The translations under genes were made by a program, and so were the position numbers. The notes under the pieces are model-generated. The model worked only from the letters and a program-made list of their open reading frames with translations, was not told where the DNA came from and ran no database searches. From a virus (taxonomy: Duplodnaviria; Caudoviricetes): a stretch of DNA of 64,000 nucleotides. The stretch covers positions 636-64,635 of the IMG/VR virus record IMGVR_UViG_3300010429_001521; one strand, given 5' to 3'. Below, in pieces: positions 1 to 8,901 of this stretch (positions are counted from its first letter, which is position 1; the number at the start of each line of letters is the position of its first letter).

Positions 1-729
1 GCCGCCCACATTGCCCGTCACACTGCCGACTGACCCGCTCAGATTGCCGGTGATGTTCGCGGTTTGATTGCCCAAGCCCGTCGTGGCCGTCAGTGTCACG
101 CCCGTGGCTGCCGTGATGTTCGTGGGCGAGGCGACACTGGTCGGGAAAGTCACCCCTGCTGCCGCCGTGACCGCTTGCGTCTTGATCGTTTCGACATCCA
201 CTTTCTGCGCCGTGGAAATCGTCGTTCCGCTCAGATTCAGCGTCGTAGTGGGAGCCGTGACCTTCGCCCAATCCACTCCGGCATAGCCGGTCGTCGCGCT
301 GGCGCTGGTGACCACCGTGATCGTCGCGGGGATGCAGCCGGTCTTGTAAGCAATCAGCACAAAACTGGCGTGGTTGGTTTCGGCTTGCGTCGGGAGGTAG
401 TGAACAATCCCTTCTTCATAGGCGACCGTGCCGCCGCCCGCGCCGGCCATGCCGCCTTGCGGGAGAACTTTAACGGAGACCCCCGAGGTCTGTACCGCCC
501 CATCACTGATCTGAACGACGGCACCAATAGAGATACGTTCGGGAGAAGCCGCATTACGTGGATACATGAGTTGAGTTCCTAGTCCGAAAAAGCGCGGTCG
601 AATCCACGCAGCAATGAAAGTAGTGCCGCCCGTAACAGTTGTTTCCTGCACCCACCCAAACGACGTGACCCGCGATAAACTCCCGGTTTCCTGCAACCAG
701 CCCGAGGGAGTGACGCGAGTCAGCGCCAT
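1..729 (-). CDS. Partial tail fibre/structural protein (runs off window start)
   Basis: Not in ORF track; read by hand, open from ATG at 729 (GGAG SD upstream) to base 1: MALTRVTPSGWLQETG...ITGNLSGSVGSVTGNVGG; G/T/S/V-rich repeats typical of fibres. Confidence 0.6.
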   Translation of the reverse strand, partial: MALTRVTPSGWLQETGSLSRVTSFGWVQETTVTGGTTFIAAWIRPRFFGLGTQLMYPRNAASPERISIGAVVQISDGAVQTSGVSVKVLPQGGMAGAGGGTVAYEEGIVHYLPTQAETNHASFVLIAYKTGCIPATITVVTSASATTGYAGVDWAKVTAPTTTLNLSGTTISTAQKVDVETIKTQAVTAAAGVTFPTSVASPTNITAATGVTLTATTGLGNQTANITGNLSGSVGSVTGNVGG

Positions 730-732
730 AAC

Positions 733-2331
733 TTAACTCCGGCCTCTGATAGTAGGATCGACGTACACCGTGATGGACGGCTCGCCCACACACACCCGCG
801 CCCGCAAATGCCCGATTTCCGCCGGGGTGATACTGGCCGTCGGACTCAGCTTGCCACTCCAGGCGGTGTCTGCTTCATCAAAGGGATCACCCATCGCTTC
901 CATCCAGGAGGTTTTGCCCATCCCCGTAGTCTGATCCGCCGCACTCGCCAACAAGTCTTTCCGGTCATGCACGAGCGTCGCCAGCGGAAACCCCGAGGTG
1001 CCTTGATAGCTGAATTCGCCCCACACTTCATCGTCTTGATAAGCCGTGGTAGAGCCATTCCGCAAAATCTCCAGAGAGGGCGTTATCGCATTCGTACCAG
1101 AGTGATAGCAGTCGATCCAAGGGGAAACGTAGGGCGTGTAATAACTGCAATTCTTTGTAGTAATAATTTTCCAACTACAGCGATTGGTTCCGTCATATTG
1201 CGCGCCGTCGTTGGCATAAATGCCAGTATCCACAATCGTAGAGCCAAAAGCGTCATGGTGTTGCAAGTGATAATGCTGATCCCCACTCGAACAATTAAAC
1301 AACCAGGCTGTGGCGCTACTTTTATTCTCCACCGTTTGCGTAGCTAGAACCGTAACGCCGCTGTAGAGCGAGCAATTTGCAAATATGCAATTTAAAGACT
1401 GTACCGTTTGCGAACTGATTAATACCGGAATGGCGGATAAATCCATCCCTTCAATAGTAATACCCGTACAACGGCAAGACCCAATTAAAGTAACGGGGGC
1501 AGTTCCATTGTTTATCCACAATCCGCCTTCCACTCTCACGGTCCCGCTGAAATTCCATCTACATGAGGAGTCTTGAGTACTAAATGTACAATTTTTAGCA
1601 TAAGTATAGGAATTTGTAGTAGCGCCAGCGTCAGAAAAATTGATAAAAGGAGCATCTCCAGTAGATTCTTGCAAAAAATAACAATTCTCGACTTCAAAGT
1701 GTCCACCATCACTGGCATTGATAGTAATTCTTCCTGACGCGGCTGCCGACCCAGAGCAACGAAACGTCAATCCGTACATATACACCTTATACGCGCCTAA
1801 TACAGTAATATCATAATCACCATTCCCGCTATCCCCTATGAACGCGCTAGTCCCCATAGTTCCCAGGGTTTGAGGAGGATAATTTGTGGTATCGTTGGTA
1901 CAAATCACGGAAACATTATTTAGAAAAGGGTAGACCGTATCCGCAGTTATCGCGTCCGTCAATCCTTTGTCAACATAAATAATATCACCGCTCGCAGTAG
2001 CGGCATACAACGCATACCTGAAATAGAGCGTAGCGAACAACCAACTGGCCGTCGTCCCTGAGGAATACCCCGGATTGCGACAAGTGAATGTCGCGGTATT
2101 GCTAACTTCGGTACTGGAATCTGGTGTATAACTAGTGTTCCAGGAAGGGTAATTCGTCGCGTCCGTAGTGCCAGCGATAGTACATTCCCAGACATAGCGT
2201 TTGGCGGTCGCGTGATTTGTCCCGGTATCCGCTAGGTTAGGAACAACCCTGTCCCCTTGAGCGTAGGCAGTGTTTTTAGCGTACTCCGTGACGCCAGAAA
2301 CGCCCGTTCCGGCCAAATAATAATTAGCCAT
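733..2331 (-). CDS. Virion structural/tail-associated protein
   Basis: 532 aa, T/S/G-rich beta character; N-terminal YAKNTAYAQGDRV...YVWECTIAGTT motif like those in phage tail proteins; operon context. Confidence 0.55.
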   Translation of the reverse strand: MANYYLAGTGVSGVTEYAKNTAYAQGDRVVPNLADTGTNHATAKRYVWECTIAGTTDATNYPSWNTSYTPDSSTEVSNTATFTCRNPGYSSGTTASWLFATLYFRYALYAATASGDIIYVDKGLTDAITADTVYPFLNNVSVICTNDTTNYPPQTLGTMGTSAFIGDSGNGDYDITVLGAYKVYMYGLTFRCSGSAAASGRITINASDGGHFEVENCYFLQESTGDAPFINFSDAGATTNSYTYAKNCTFSTQDSSCRWNFSGTVRVEGGLWINNGTAPVTLIGSCRCTGITIEGMDLSAIPVLISSQTVQSLNCIFANCSLYSGVTVLATQTVENKSSATAWLFNCSSGDQHYHLQHHDAFGSTIVDTGIYANDGAQYDGTNRCSWKIITTKNCSYYTPYVSPWIDCYHSGTNAITPSLEILRNGSTTAYQDDEVWGEFSYQGTSGFPLATLVHDRKDLLASAADQTTGMGKTSWMEAMGDPFDEADTAWSGKLSPTASITPAEIGHLRARVCVGEPSITVYVDPTIRGRS

Positions 2332-2549
2332 TATTCAAATCCATCAATCAGCGTGTCGATTTCCGCCTGCGCGAGTTGTGTCTCCAACTCTGTGGCATAG
2401 GCCGTCGCTCGGGCATCCAAATCTGTTCCTGCCGGAACGAAATAAACGCGAGTGTATTTCTGCCCCAAATGATCGGTATGGCGCTCCGTCACGCTCAAAG
2501 AACCATCGGCTTGAGTGCTATACTCCACGACCGACAAGATAATGCTCAT
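2331..2549 (-). CDS. Small hypothetical protein (possible tail assembly factor)
   Basis: 72 aa, coupled to the downstream structural gene. Confidence 0.45.
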   Translation of the reverse strand: MSIILSVVEYSTQADGSLSVTERHTDHLGQKYTRVYFVPAGTDLDARATAYATELETQLAQAEIDTLIDGFE

Positions 2550-2551
2550 TG

Positions 2552-2803
2552 TTATTCCCCTACCGCATTTTTCAGTTCGTAGTATTTCGTCACGTACCCA
2601 TCGAACCGGGAAGCCAGTTCATTGAACTGATTCACCGTAAGCCCGAAGGCACTGCGGATTTGCGTCGGAGTAATCTCTTCACTGTTCAGCAGTGACTTGA
2701 TAAACGCCGCGAACCGCCAGACTTCGTGCTGCGTGGCTCCCGCAAACCGTTCCCGAAAGCGAGCCACTAACTGCGTCTTCGTCGCATGATTTAAAATCAA
2801 CAT
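2552..2803 (-). CDS. Small helical protein, paralogue of 3001..3255
   Basis: LNHATKTQLVARFRERF...Q.RSAFGLT matches LRHATKAQLVQRLRKRF...QLRTAFGMT. Confidence 0.65.
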   Translation of the reverse strand: MLILNHATKTQLVARFRERFAGATQHEVWRFAAFIKSLLNSEEITPTQIRSAFGLTVNQFNELASRFDGYVTKYYELKNAVGE

Positions 2804-2999
2804 AGTATTCTCCTAACAAATCTGGACGATTCAATTTGATCCAATGAAGTAACTCAATGAGATCGACCTCAGTGCAATCACGACCCCCTTCGCTGTTATA
2901 GGCTTTAATAACTAAACGACCATTATCAAGTTCATCCAATTCCACCGAGTCACCTTCAGCGTATTCAGTCACACCTTGCAAAACGATAGGTGTACTCAC
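2679..2999 (-). CDS. Hypothetical phage protein
   Basis: Protein-like N-terminal ~65 aa; 3' part overlaps the next gene out of frame. Confidence 0.45.
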   Translation of the reverse strand: MSTPIVLQGVTEYAEGDSVELDELDNGRLVIKAYNSEGGRDCTEVDLIELLHWIKLNRPDLLGEYYVDFKSCDEDAVSGSLSGTVCGSHAARSLAVRGVYQVTAEQ

Positions 3000-3000
3000 G

Positions 3001-3255
3001 TCATTCCCCCTCGGCGGCTTTCAAGTCCGCCCATTGCTTCGCCCACACCAAGAGTTTATCCGCAAACACACTGAACTGCCCGGCAGTCATCCCAAAGGCG
3101 GTGCGCAACTGCAACGCGGTAAAATCGCCCGCGTCATAATGCGCCTTGAGCATCGCCGCCAGCCGCCAGACTTCTTCCCGAGAAGCCTCCTTAAATCGCT
3201 TACGAAGACGCTGAACCAGTTGTGCTTTGGTCGCGTGTCGCAGATTCAGCGCCAT
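3001..3255 (-). CDS. Small helical protein, paralogue of 2552..2803
   Basis: Clear similarity to 2552..2803; GGAG SD. Confidence 0.65.
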   Translation of the reverse strand: MALNLRHATKAQLVQRLRKRFKEASREEVWRLAAMLKAHYDAGDFTALQLRTAFGMTAGQFSVFADKLLVWAKQWADLKAAEGE

Positions 3256-3268
3256 GGGAGTTCCTCAC

Positions 3269-3460
3269 TTATTCCGTTGTTTCCAACAACGAATAACCCA
3301 CCTGATTCATCTCACTCAAAAACGCAATCAGCTTCTTCTCGATTTCCAGAACGCCGACATATGGCACATCTTCCCAAGTGGTCGTCGAGGACGAAAAAGG
3401 CTTTTCGTTCTCGGTAATCACCAACGAGAACTTCACATCCAAGCGCTTATCGGATTTCAT
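3269..3460 (-). CDS. Hypothetical protein
   Basis: 63 aa, coupled, SD present. Confidence 0.5.
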   Translation of the reverse strand: MKSDKRLDVKFSLVITENEKPFSSSTTTWEDVPYVGVLEIEKKLIAFLSEMNQVGYSLLETTE

Positions 3461-3705
3461 TAAAATTTCTCCTTCTTACTATTTAACACGTTAACTGCCG
3501 TTTCAATCGCCAAATTGAGGATTGCTTGACCTACTACTAATGCAACATTTTTCACTTCACTTAATACTAATATTCGCTTTTCTTCACCACTTAATCCCGT
3601 TTTTTCAGCATCTTCCACTAACAAATAAACACGCTCGTAATTCAACGCACCTACCATCGCCCGTACAATCGTTTGCAATAACTTAATTAACATCTTATTC
3701 ATCAT
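3460..3705 (-). CDS. Holin-like small protein
   Basis: GLSGEEKR...AILNLAIETAV resembles LL-H-type holin pattern; lysis-module position. Confidence 0.4.
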   Translation of the reverse strand: MMNKMLIKLLQTIVRAMVGALNYERVYLLVEDAEKTGLSGEEKRILVLSEVKNVALVVGQAILNLAIETAVNVLNSKKEKF

Positions 3706-3718
3706 ACTATACCCAATA

Positions 3719-3928
3719 TTAAAATAAATAGCTGCATTTCAATCCTCCCGTTTCAAAATAATCAATGATCGTCATTCCAGCCCACTTGTCCCCTGTGATT
3801 TGCGGGAGGGACTTTAAAGCCAGGGATGGACGGCACGGAGTCGCGCACCCAAGTATCTGTGACCCGACGATCATGAGCAACACCCACATTATCAGGATTA
3901 GCGGGTGGCGGATCTGGAACTTTCTCAA
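3719..3928 (-). CDS. Embedded lipoprotein (candidate o-spanin)
   Basis: From TTG at 3928 (or ATG 3889): basic n-region, hydrophobic core, lipobox ILG-C; out of frame inside 3762..4205. Confidence 0.45.
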   Translation of the reverse strand: MRKFQIRHPLILIMWVLLMIVGSQILGCATPCRPSLALKSLPQITGDKWAGMTIIDYFETGGLKCSYLF

Positions 3929-4205
3929 CCACTTCAGATTTTCCCACCAACTCGATAGTTGGAAGAGGTTGATAGCCTGAACCTGGAGGTAATGGAGTTT
4001 GTTGCCGAACAGACTGGTCAAGATCAGTGGAACGTTCACGCACATTCTCCCTAAAGACAAACGCCACGACAGCCGTCACAGCTAAAATGGCGTTAATAAT
4101 GATCTCTCGAAACTCCGGTTCTAGTTTGACACCCACCAAACCCAACAAAGTAAAAATAGCAAGCCAAGTGGTTCGTTCTTTTAATCGATTAATTAACCAG
4201 TTCAT
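3762..4205 (-). CDS. Holin-like membrane protein
   Basis: MNWLINRLKERTTWLAIFTLLGLVGV plus a second hydrophobic helix; near endolysin. Confidence 0.55.
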   Translation of the reverse strand: MNWLINRLKERTTWLAIFTLLGLVGVKLEPEFREIIINAILAVTAVVAFVFRENVRERSTDLDQSVRQQTPLPPGSGYQPLPTIELVGKSEVVEKVPDPPPANPDNVGVAHDRRVTDTWVRDSVPSIPGFKVPPANHRGQVGWNDDH

Positions 4206-4268
4206 CAGAGCAACTCCAAATCAGTGTTAAATTGCCCAGATCCCAAAAAAGTTCACAAAAATTGATAT

Positions 4269-4484
4269 TCACTTCATCCACTCCTGATCAATTTCATTTA
4301 TTAAAGCTTTAAAACCTTGCCAATCCTCTCGATAAACAATCATCGCCGGAGGACAACCTACCAATCCAATGGTCACGCTCACAAATTCCGGCACTTTCAC
4401 GCTAGGAGCTTCGATCTCAGCAATCCAATGACACTGCGCATTCATAATTAACGTCGCTTGAGTTTTAGGATGAATGACTTTCAT
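4269..4484 (-). CDS. Hypothetical protein
   Basis: 71 aa, coupled to endolysin. Confidence 0.45.
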   Translation of the reverse strand: MKVIHPKTQATLIMNAQCHWIAEIEAPSVKVPEFVSVTIGLVGCPPAMIVYREDWQGFKALINEIDQEWMK

Positions 4485-4942
4485 AACTCTATCCTAAAAA
4501 ACGAATGCCGGCCAATTACCACAGTCGGTTTCCGACCCCGCGCCCAATTCGTATATTTTACAATCTTCGTCGTACAATAATGATCAGCACAATCCGTTGG
4601 ATCTAAAATTTCATTGAGTAAAACTTGTTCACAAATCTGACTAATACTTCTTACATCTGCACGTTCCACGGTTTTAGTATCGACTAAAAACTTTCTTTGT
4701 GGGTCATTCGGATTCCAACAAGAAAACTGCCAAGGATCTAAACACACCGCTGCAATCGTATCATCAGGAATTGCATCTCGATTCCGACTCCACCACCTGG
4801 GATGTTCCCATCGATTACGAATCACCCAAGCTACGGCAGCTTGACCTTTCGCTCCTTCACCGCGTGATTCTGCCCACACCGTCAATGCCATGATATTTAA
4901 ATCATCTAAAGGATTATAACTCATCAGGAACCGTCCAATCAA
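4481..4942 (-). CDS. Cell wall hydrolase (SleB/Hydrolase_2 family), probable endolysin
   Basis: ALTVWAESRGE...AVAWVIRNR, QFSCWN, GRHSFF motifs. Confidence 0.85.
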   Translation of the reverse strand: MIGRFLMSYNPLDDLNIMALTVWAESRGEGAKGQAAVAWVIRNRWEHPRWWSRNRDAIPDDTIAAVCLDPWQFSCWNPNDPQRKFLVDTKTVERADVRSISQICEQVLLNEILDPTDCADHYCTTKIVKYTNWARGRKPTVVIGRHSFFRIEL

Positions 4943-5132
4943 CTCTTACATCCGCATATTTTTTAAATTGAACATACTCAGCACACAAAGCAGGAAATTC
5001 CTCTCGTTCTAACTCACAATAAAAAATATCCGCATCTTTATCTTCAAACCAATGACAGCCTCGACAAGCCAGAGAAGATGCTTCCACTTTCTTTTGTAAA
5101 CTGCCTTTCATAAAAATCCTCAAATACCTCAT
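4914..5132 (-). CDS. Small Cys-rich hypothetical protein
   Basis: CRGCHW...C...C pattern. Confidence 0.45.
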   Translation of the reverse strand: MRYLRIFMKGSLQKKVEASSLACRGCHWFEDKDADIFYCELEREEFPALCAEYVQFKKYADVRVDWTVPDEL

Positions 5133-5183
5133 GATTCATGATGAACATAACACATTTCAATGCTGAGGACAATTTATTTTTTC

Positions 5184-5214
5184 AAAAAAATAAACCCGGC
5201 GATTAAACCGGGTT
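5184..5214 (-). terminator. Rho-independent terminator
   Basis: AACCCGG/CCGGGTT hairpin with U-run on minus strand after 5224..5874. Confidence 0.65.
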
Positions 5215-5223
5215 GATACTTAC

Positions 5224-5874
5224 TTACTCTTTTAACGATTGTAAAACATCTGGCTTTAATAAACTCGTCAACAACGCTTTCGCATGAAGTTCTCCTTGAA
5301 GCTGTCGCCTGCCACACACAATCCGATCATACACCTTATTGAGTAAAAACAGATAATAATAATAATAATCTTTGTTCGTCACTAAAAAACTCAATTCTTG
5401 TTTAAAATAACTACCACATCGTCGATAAGCAAATAATAATAAATCATATAACGAATCTAACATGTGTTGCTTTTCCGCTTTGCCACTCATCGTTTTGTGT
5501 TTTAATTCATGAAGTGGTAAAAACTTTTGATTCTTAAAACATCGATCTTTTATATTTATCCCCCGTTGTCGAACTACCGTAATCAATGCAAAATAAAAAA
5601 CATCTTTTAATGAACTCGTTTCCAATAAAAACTCTGAATTTCGTTGTGCTCGTAATGGTAAATCAACATCTTCTATAAAATCTTCCAAATCATACAATAA
5701 TGATAACTCTTTAAAATCTACAACTCTGATTGGTTTCATTTCAACTAAGCCTGAACGCCAGTACTGATTGAAATGCATACTAATATGTGTCGCAGGATAC
5801 ATAACAAAAACCTCGCAAAGGTGAATAAAATTAAATGTTTTCAATATGTTACTATACCTGAAACAAAATGTCAA
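5224..5874 (-). CDS. Hypothetical protein
   Basis: 216 aa ORF, no motif recognised; true start probably internal. Confidence 0.5.
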   Translation of the reverse strand: MTFCFRYSNILKTFNFIHLCEVFVMYPATHISMHFNQYWRSGLVEMKPIRVVDFKELSLLYDLEDFIEDVDLPLRAQRNSEFLLETSSLKDVFYFALITVVRQRGINIKDRCFKNQKFLPLHELKHKTMSGKAEKQHMLDSLYDLLLFAYRRCGSYFKQELSFLVTNKDYYYYYLFLLNKVYDRIVCGRRQLQGELHAKALLTSLLKPDVLQSLKE

Positions 5875-5895
5875 TTACTTTATAAAGAGTTAATG

Positions 5896-5924
5896 TTGAC
5901 ATTCATCACTATACACTATATAAT
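5896..5924 (+). promoter_or_regulatory. Consensus sigma70 promoter
   Basis: TTGACA-17 bp-TATAAT. Confidence 0.85.
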
Positions 5925-5971
5925 ATGCCAACCCAAAAACCGGATACTGTTTTATCCACTGGAGAATTACC

Positions 5972-6391
5972 ATGCAAGAAGTCAAAGTCAAACCCGCTAT
6001 CATGTCTGAAATTGATCAATACGGTCGTAGCTCAAAAATTATTAAAGAACAAACTAAAATTAAAGACGGTTGTAAAAAAGTCATCGAAGCTATTATTCAA
6101 TCGTTACCAGAAGAGGGTTTAAATTTAACAGGAAAAGAATTTGAACTGCTCATTACTGCACCTGCTGAAAAAACCGTAATCATTGACAATAAAAAAGTAC
6201 TACAAGAATTAGGAGTTGAAAAATTTATTGAACTGGCTCAATTTTCCATTGAAGATCTAAAAAAATGGCTGAATCCCAACCAATTCGCCCAAGTCACCAC
6301 TACAGTTAAGGGGAATCGTACATTTCGCAGCAAACGAAAGCTCAAAGAACTCAAACCTTCCACTAAAGCGGCTATTACACTTTCTGCATGA
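5972..6391 (+). CDS. Hypothetical basic protein
   Basis: 139 aa, GGAG SD, downstream of consensus promoter. Confidence 0.6.
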   Translation: MQEVKVKPAIMSEIDQYGRSSKIIKEQTKIKDGCKKVIEAIIQSLPEEGLNLTGKEFELLITAPAEKTVIIDNKKVLQELGVEKFIELAQFSIEDLKKWLNPNQFAQVTTTVKGNRTFRSKRKLKELKPSTKAAITLSA

Positions 6392-6714
6392 ACGACAATC
6401 AACGACATTTTTTCCCGGAGCAATATGAACGTGATCTTAATGTTATGGTACTTCCCACTAAAGCCACCAGTGTAGAAGCTCATTACTTACACTGGCTGAA
6501 AAAAAATAAAGGTCAACTGATTGAAACGATGATGTGGGAGCGCGATACCGATGATCCCACTTTGGATGAAGATGAACTCATGGTTCGTGCGGCTGTCAAT
6601 GGCGATGATGCTCAAGGTGTTTATTACTTTGCAGTTAAAAAACATCGCTATGAACAACGCAGCGAATTTGGCTATGTCATTCAGTCAGAAGATCTTATAT
6701 TGGAATTAAAATAA
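6388..6714 (+). CDS. Hypothetical protein
   Basis: 108 aa, ATGA-coupled. Confidence 0.55.
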   Translation: MNDNQRHFFPEQYERDLNVMVLPTKATSVEAHYLHWLKKNKGQLIETMMWERDTDDPTLDEDELMVRAAVNGDDAQGVYYFAVKKHRYEQRSEFGYVIQSEDLILELK

Positions 6715-6720
6715 CTCTAA

Positions 6721-6746
6721 ACTCCACGGTAATCATGCCGTGGAGT
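6721..6746. terminator. Hairpin terminator between convergent genes
   Basis: ACTCCACGG/CCGTGGAGT. Confidence 0.6.
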
Positions 6747-6759
6747 GTTTTAATAAATT

Positions 6760-7017
6760 TTAATAACTATAAAACTCTGATAAAATTAACACAGTCGCAT
6801 TATTTAACTTTTTAAGTGCCTCTGTTTGTTTTCTACCACGCAAATCAAAAAGAATAAAAAGTTCGTTCAATAACTCTTCAGGAAAAATTGGTTGCAACTC
6901 ACCATCAACAAATTCAAAACGAACTTCTAAATCTCTTGCAGCAGCTTCTGCGGACGCTGCACGCTGCATAATCGACAAATCACGCTTATTCATCTTAAAT
7001 CTCCAATTAAATAACAA
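6760..7017 (-). CDS. Hypothetical protein
   Basis: 85 aa, SD before internal Met. Confidence 0.45.
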   Translation of the reverse strand: MLFNWRFKMNKRDLSIMQRAASAEAAARDLEVRFEFVDGELQPIFPEELLNELFILFDLRGRKQTEALKKLNNATVLILSEFYSY

Positions 7018-7051
7018 CTGATATTTAATAGTTATTTAATACCTTAAATAC

Positions 7052-7810
7052 TCACAAATCAAAATCTTTATTATTTTCTAAATTCCTTTCAGCAAATGCA
7101 CTCACCACAATGGGTGTCAACAACAACACACCATCTCCAGTTACTTTTAACAACCGTCTTGGCATCCCATTGATCAATTCCACTTCCAACTTAAACAAAT
7201 TTGAATACTGTGCATAAGCTCTTAACTCACGAGATAACTGATCTCGATAACAATAACCTTGCTCAATCAAAAAATCTGTTAAATCGCGCTCTTTAACATT
7301 CACACCCGAATCATCTTTCATCAAAGCCAACCAATCACGACGTACCATCGTCGCTTGACCCGTAATAGCTTTAGCTAAATCTGAATATGGTTTATCCAAT
7401 GCCAGAGTCGTTTCTAACTCTTTAGCTTTTTCCAAAGCCAATTGCTTTGCTTCTTCAGACACCACTAACGCTTTCAATGCTGAAAGATATGTTTGTGGCA
7501 CAGCTAATTCCCGTTGAACTTCTTCCAATTCCATCCACCGCTTAATAATCTTCATTCGCAATACTGCGTCATAACCAGATATCAATGTGAGAGTAGTATC
7601 TCTATTTAGCTCATACATTTCACGTTCTTTACCTTGAGCATCAACGTAAGTTATTGATTTACAAAGCCAAACCAAATTTGGATCGGCTGAAAGTTGCTCA
7701 AGCATCTTACGAATATCGCGCATAACATGTGCATGAGACTTACCAGTTAACTCAGCGATTTCACGGGAAGACATGGTAATTACAGTATTCAAAGTCTGCA
7801 AACTATTCAT
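7052..7810 (-). CDS. Rha-family regulator with antirepressor-like C-terminus
   Basis: TMSSREIAELTGKSHAHVMRDIRKML; VPQTYLSALKAL; DKPYSDLA. Confidence 0.85.
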   Translation of the reverse strand: MNSLQTLNTVITMSSREIAELTGKSHAHVMRDIRKMLEQLSADPNLVWLCKSITYVDAQGKEREMYELNRDTTLTLISGYDAVLRMKIIKRWMELEEVQRELAVPQTYLSALKALVVSEEAKQLALEKAKELETTLALDKPYSDLAKAITGQATMVRRDWLALMKDDSGVNVKERDLTDFLIEQGYCYRDQLSRELRAYAQYSNLFKLEVELINGMPRRLLKVTGDGVLLLTPIVVSAFAERNLENNKDFDL

Positions 7811-7890
7811 AGTAAAGCCTCATTAAACTGCGATTAAAATGATATTTGAGTATCATTCATACCTAAAATAAATGATACTCTTTAAATTAA

Positions 7891-8190
7891 TTAAAAATCA
7901 TTATCTTTAATTGTTGCTTCTAATTCTTGCCACTTATCAAGAATCCGTACAAAAGATTTAAAATCATAATTAAATGCCAAAAGTAAAGTTTCACGCTTGG
8001 GCAAATCAAAAAATTCAAAATCTTTTTCATCCAAAGTACCCATGCTTGAAAACTGTTCCGAATTTATGTTTAAATTTTTTAACATTTCTCTAATATCTTT
8101 GTCCACTTGTTTGTAAGACATTTCACAAATATCTGCAATTTCACAAGTATTTAAAATCATTTCATTACTATTCATATTTAAAAACTCCAA
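7891..8190 (-). CDS. Short Rha-like protein (likely start ATG 8175)
   Basis: LNTCEIADICEMSYKQVDKDIREML...LPKRETLLLAFNYD. Confidence 0.6.
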   Translation of the reverse strand: MEFLNMNSNEMILNTCEIADICEMSYKQVDKDIREMLKNLNINSEQFSSMGTLDEKDFEFFDLPKRETLLLAFNYDFKSFVRILDKWQELEATIKDNDF

Positions 8191-8194
8191 ATAA

Positions 8195-8331
8195 AAAAGC
8201 TGTTGTTAATGAGGGTGGAAGAGTCAGAGTAAGTAATGACATTCCTCAAAAACAACAGCCAGTTAATCTTACTTACTCATATACCTTCCACAGTATGTAA
8301 GTAATATATCATACATCCCATTTAAAAGCAA
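8195..8331 (-). promoter_or_regulatory. Promoter plus A-B-A'-B' structured leader of Rha genes
   Basis: TTGCTT-17-TATATT at 8331..8303; two pairs of interleaved complementary segments. Confidence 0.55.
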
Positions 8332-8374
8332 CTCATGTATAATAACTACATTCAACCCCAACGGTAGATTCGTT

Positions 8375-8890
8375 ATGAAAGACTTAACTAAAGTCGAAGT
8401 ATCCATCACCCAATGGATTAAAGATACTGGAGAAGGTCAAATAAAAGGTATTCCAGTTCCTTGTGGAGAGTGTCGAACTTGCTGCTCGCATATCAATGCT
8501 CAACTTTATCCAGAAGAAATTAAATTTTACAAAAACAAATTTTCCAAATCAGACGGTAAGTATCATTTAAAACGCAATTCTAACGACACATGCGTTTATT
8601 TAAATGATCGTGGTTGTTCCATCCATGATCATGTTCCAAAAGTCTGTAAAACTTTTGATTGTCGTTATATGGGATTCTTTAATATTAAGAATCCAAAAAA
8701 TGAAAATCTAACTAAAGCATCCAAACGATGGATTTTCATTAATGACAACAATGAAATCTGGCAACACTTAACTCAATACTTCCGTAACGGTTTAGCTTTA
8801 ATGCCCATTAAATCTGGTGATCGCGTAGATTATTGTGCGAAAGCTGCGTTACTATCTGCCTACAATAAATTCTTCGTTAAAACGGAATAA
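8375..8890 (+). CDS. YkgJ-like CxxCxxCC cysteine-cluster protein
   Basis: CGECRTCC...CVYLNDRGCSIHDHVPKVCKTFDC. Confidence 0.75.
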   Translation: MKDLTKVEVSITQWIKDTGEGQIKGIPVPCGECRTCCSHINAQLYPEEIKFYKNKFSKSDGKYHLKRNSNDTCVYLNDRGCSIHDHVPKVCKTFDCRYMGFFNIKNPKNENLTKASKRWIFINDNNEIWQHLTQYFRNGLALMPIKSGDRVDYCAKAALLSAYNKFFVKTE

Positions 8891-8901
8891 CCACTTGCAG
8901 T

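Noticed and set aside
64-1347. Plus-strand ORFs 64..582 and 808..1347
   Set aside because: Arg-rich antisense shadows of the GC-rich minus-strand structural genes
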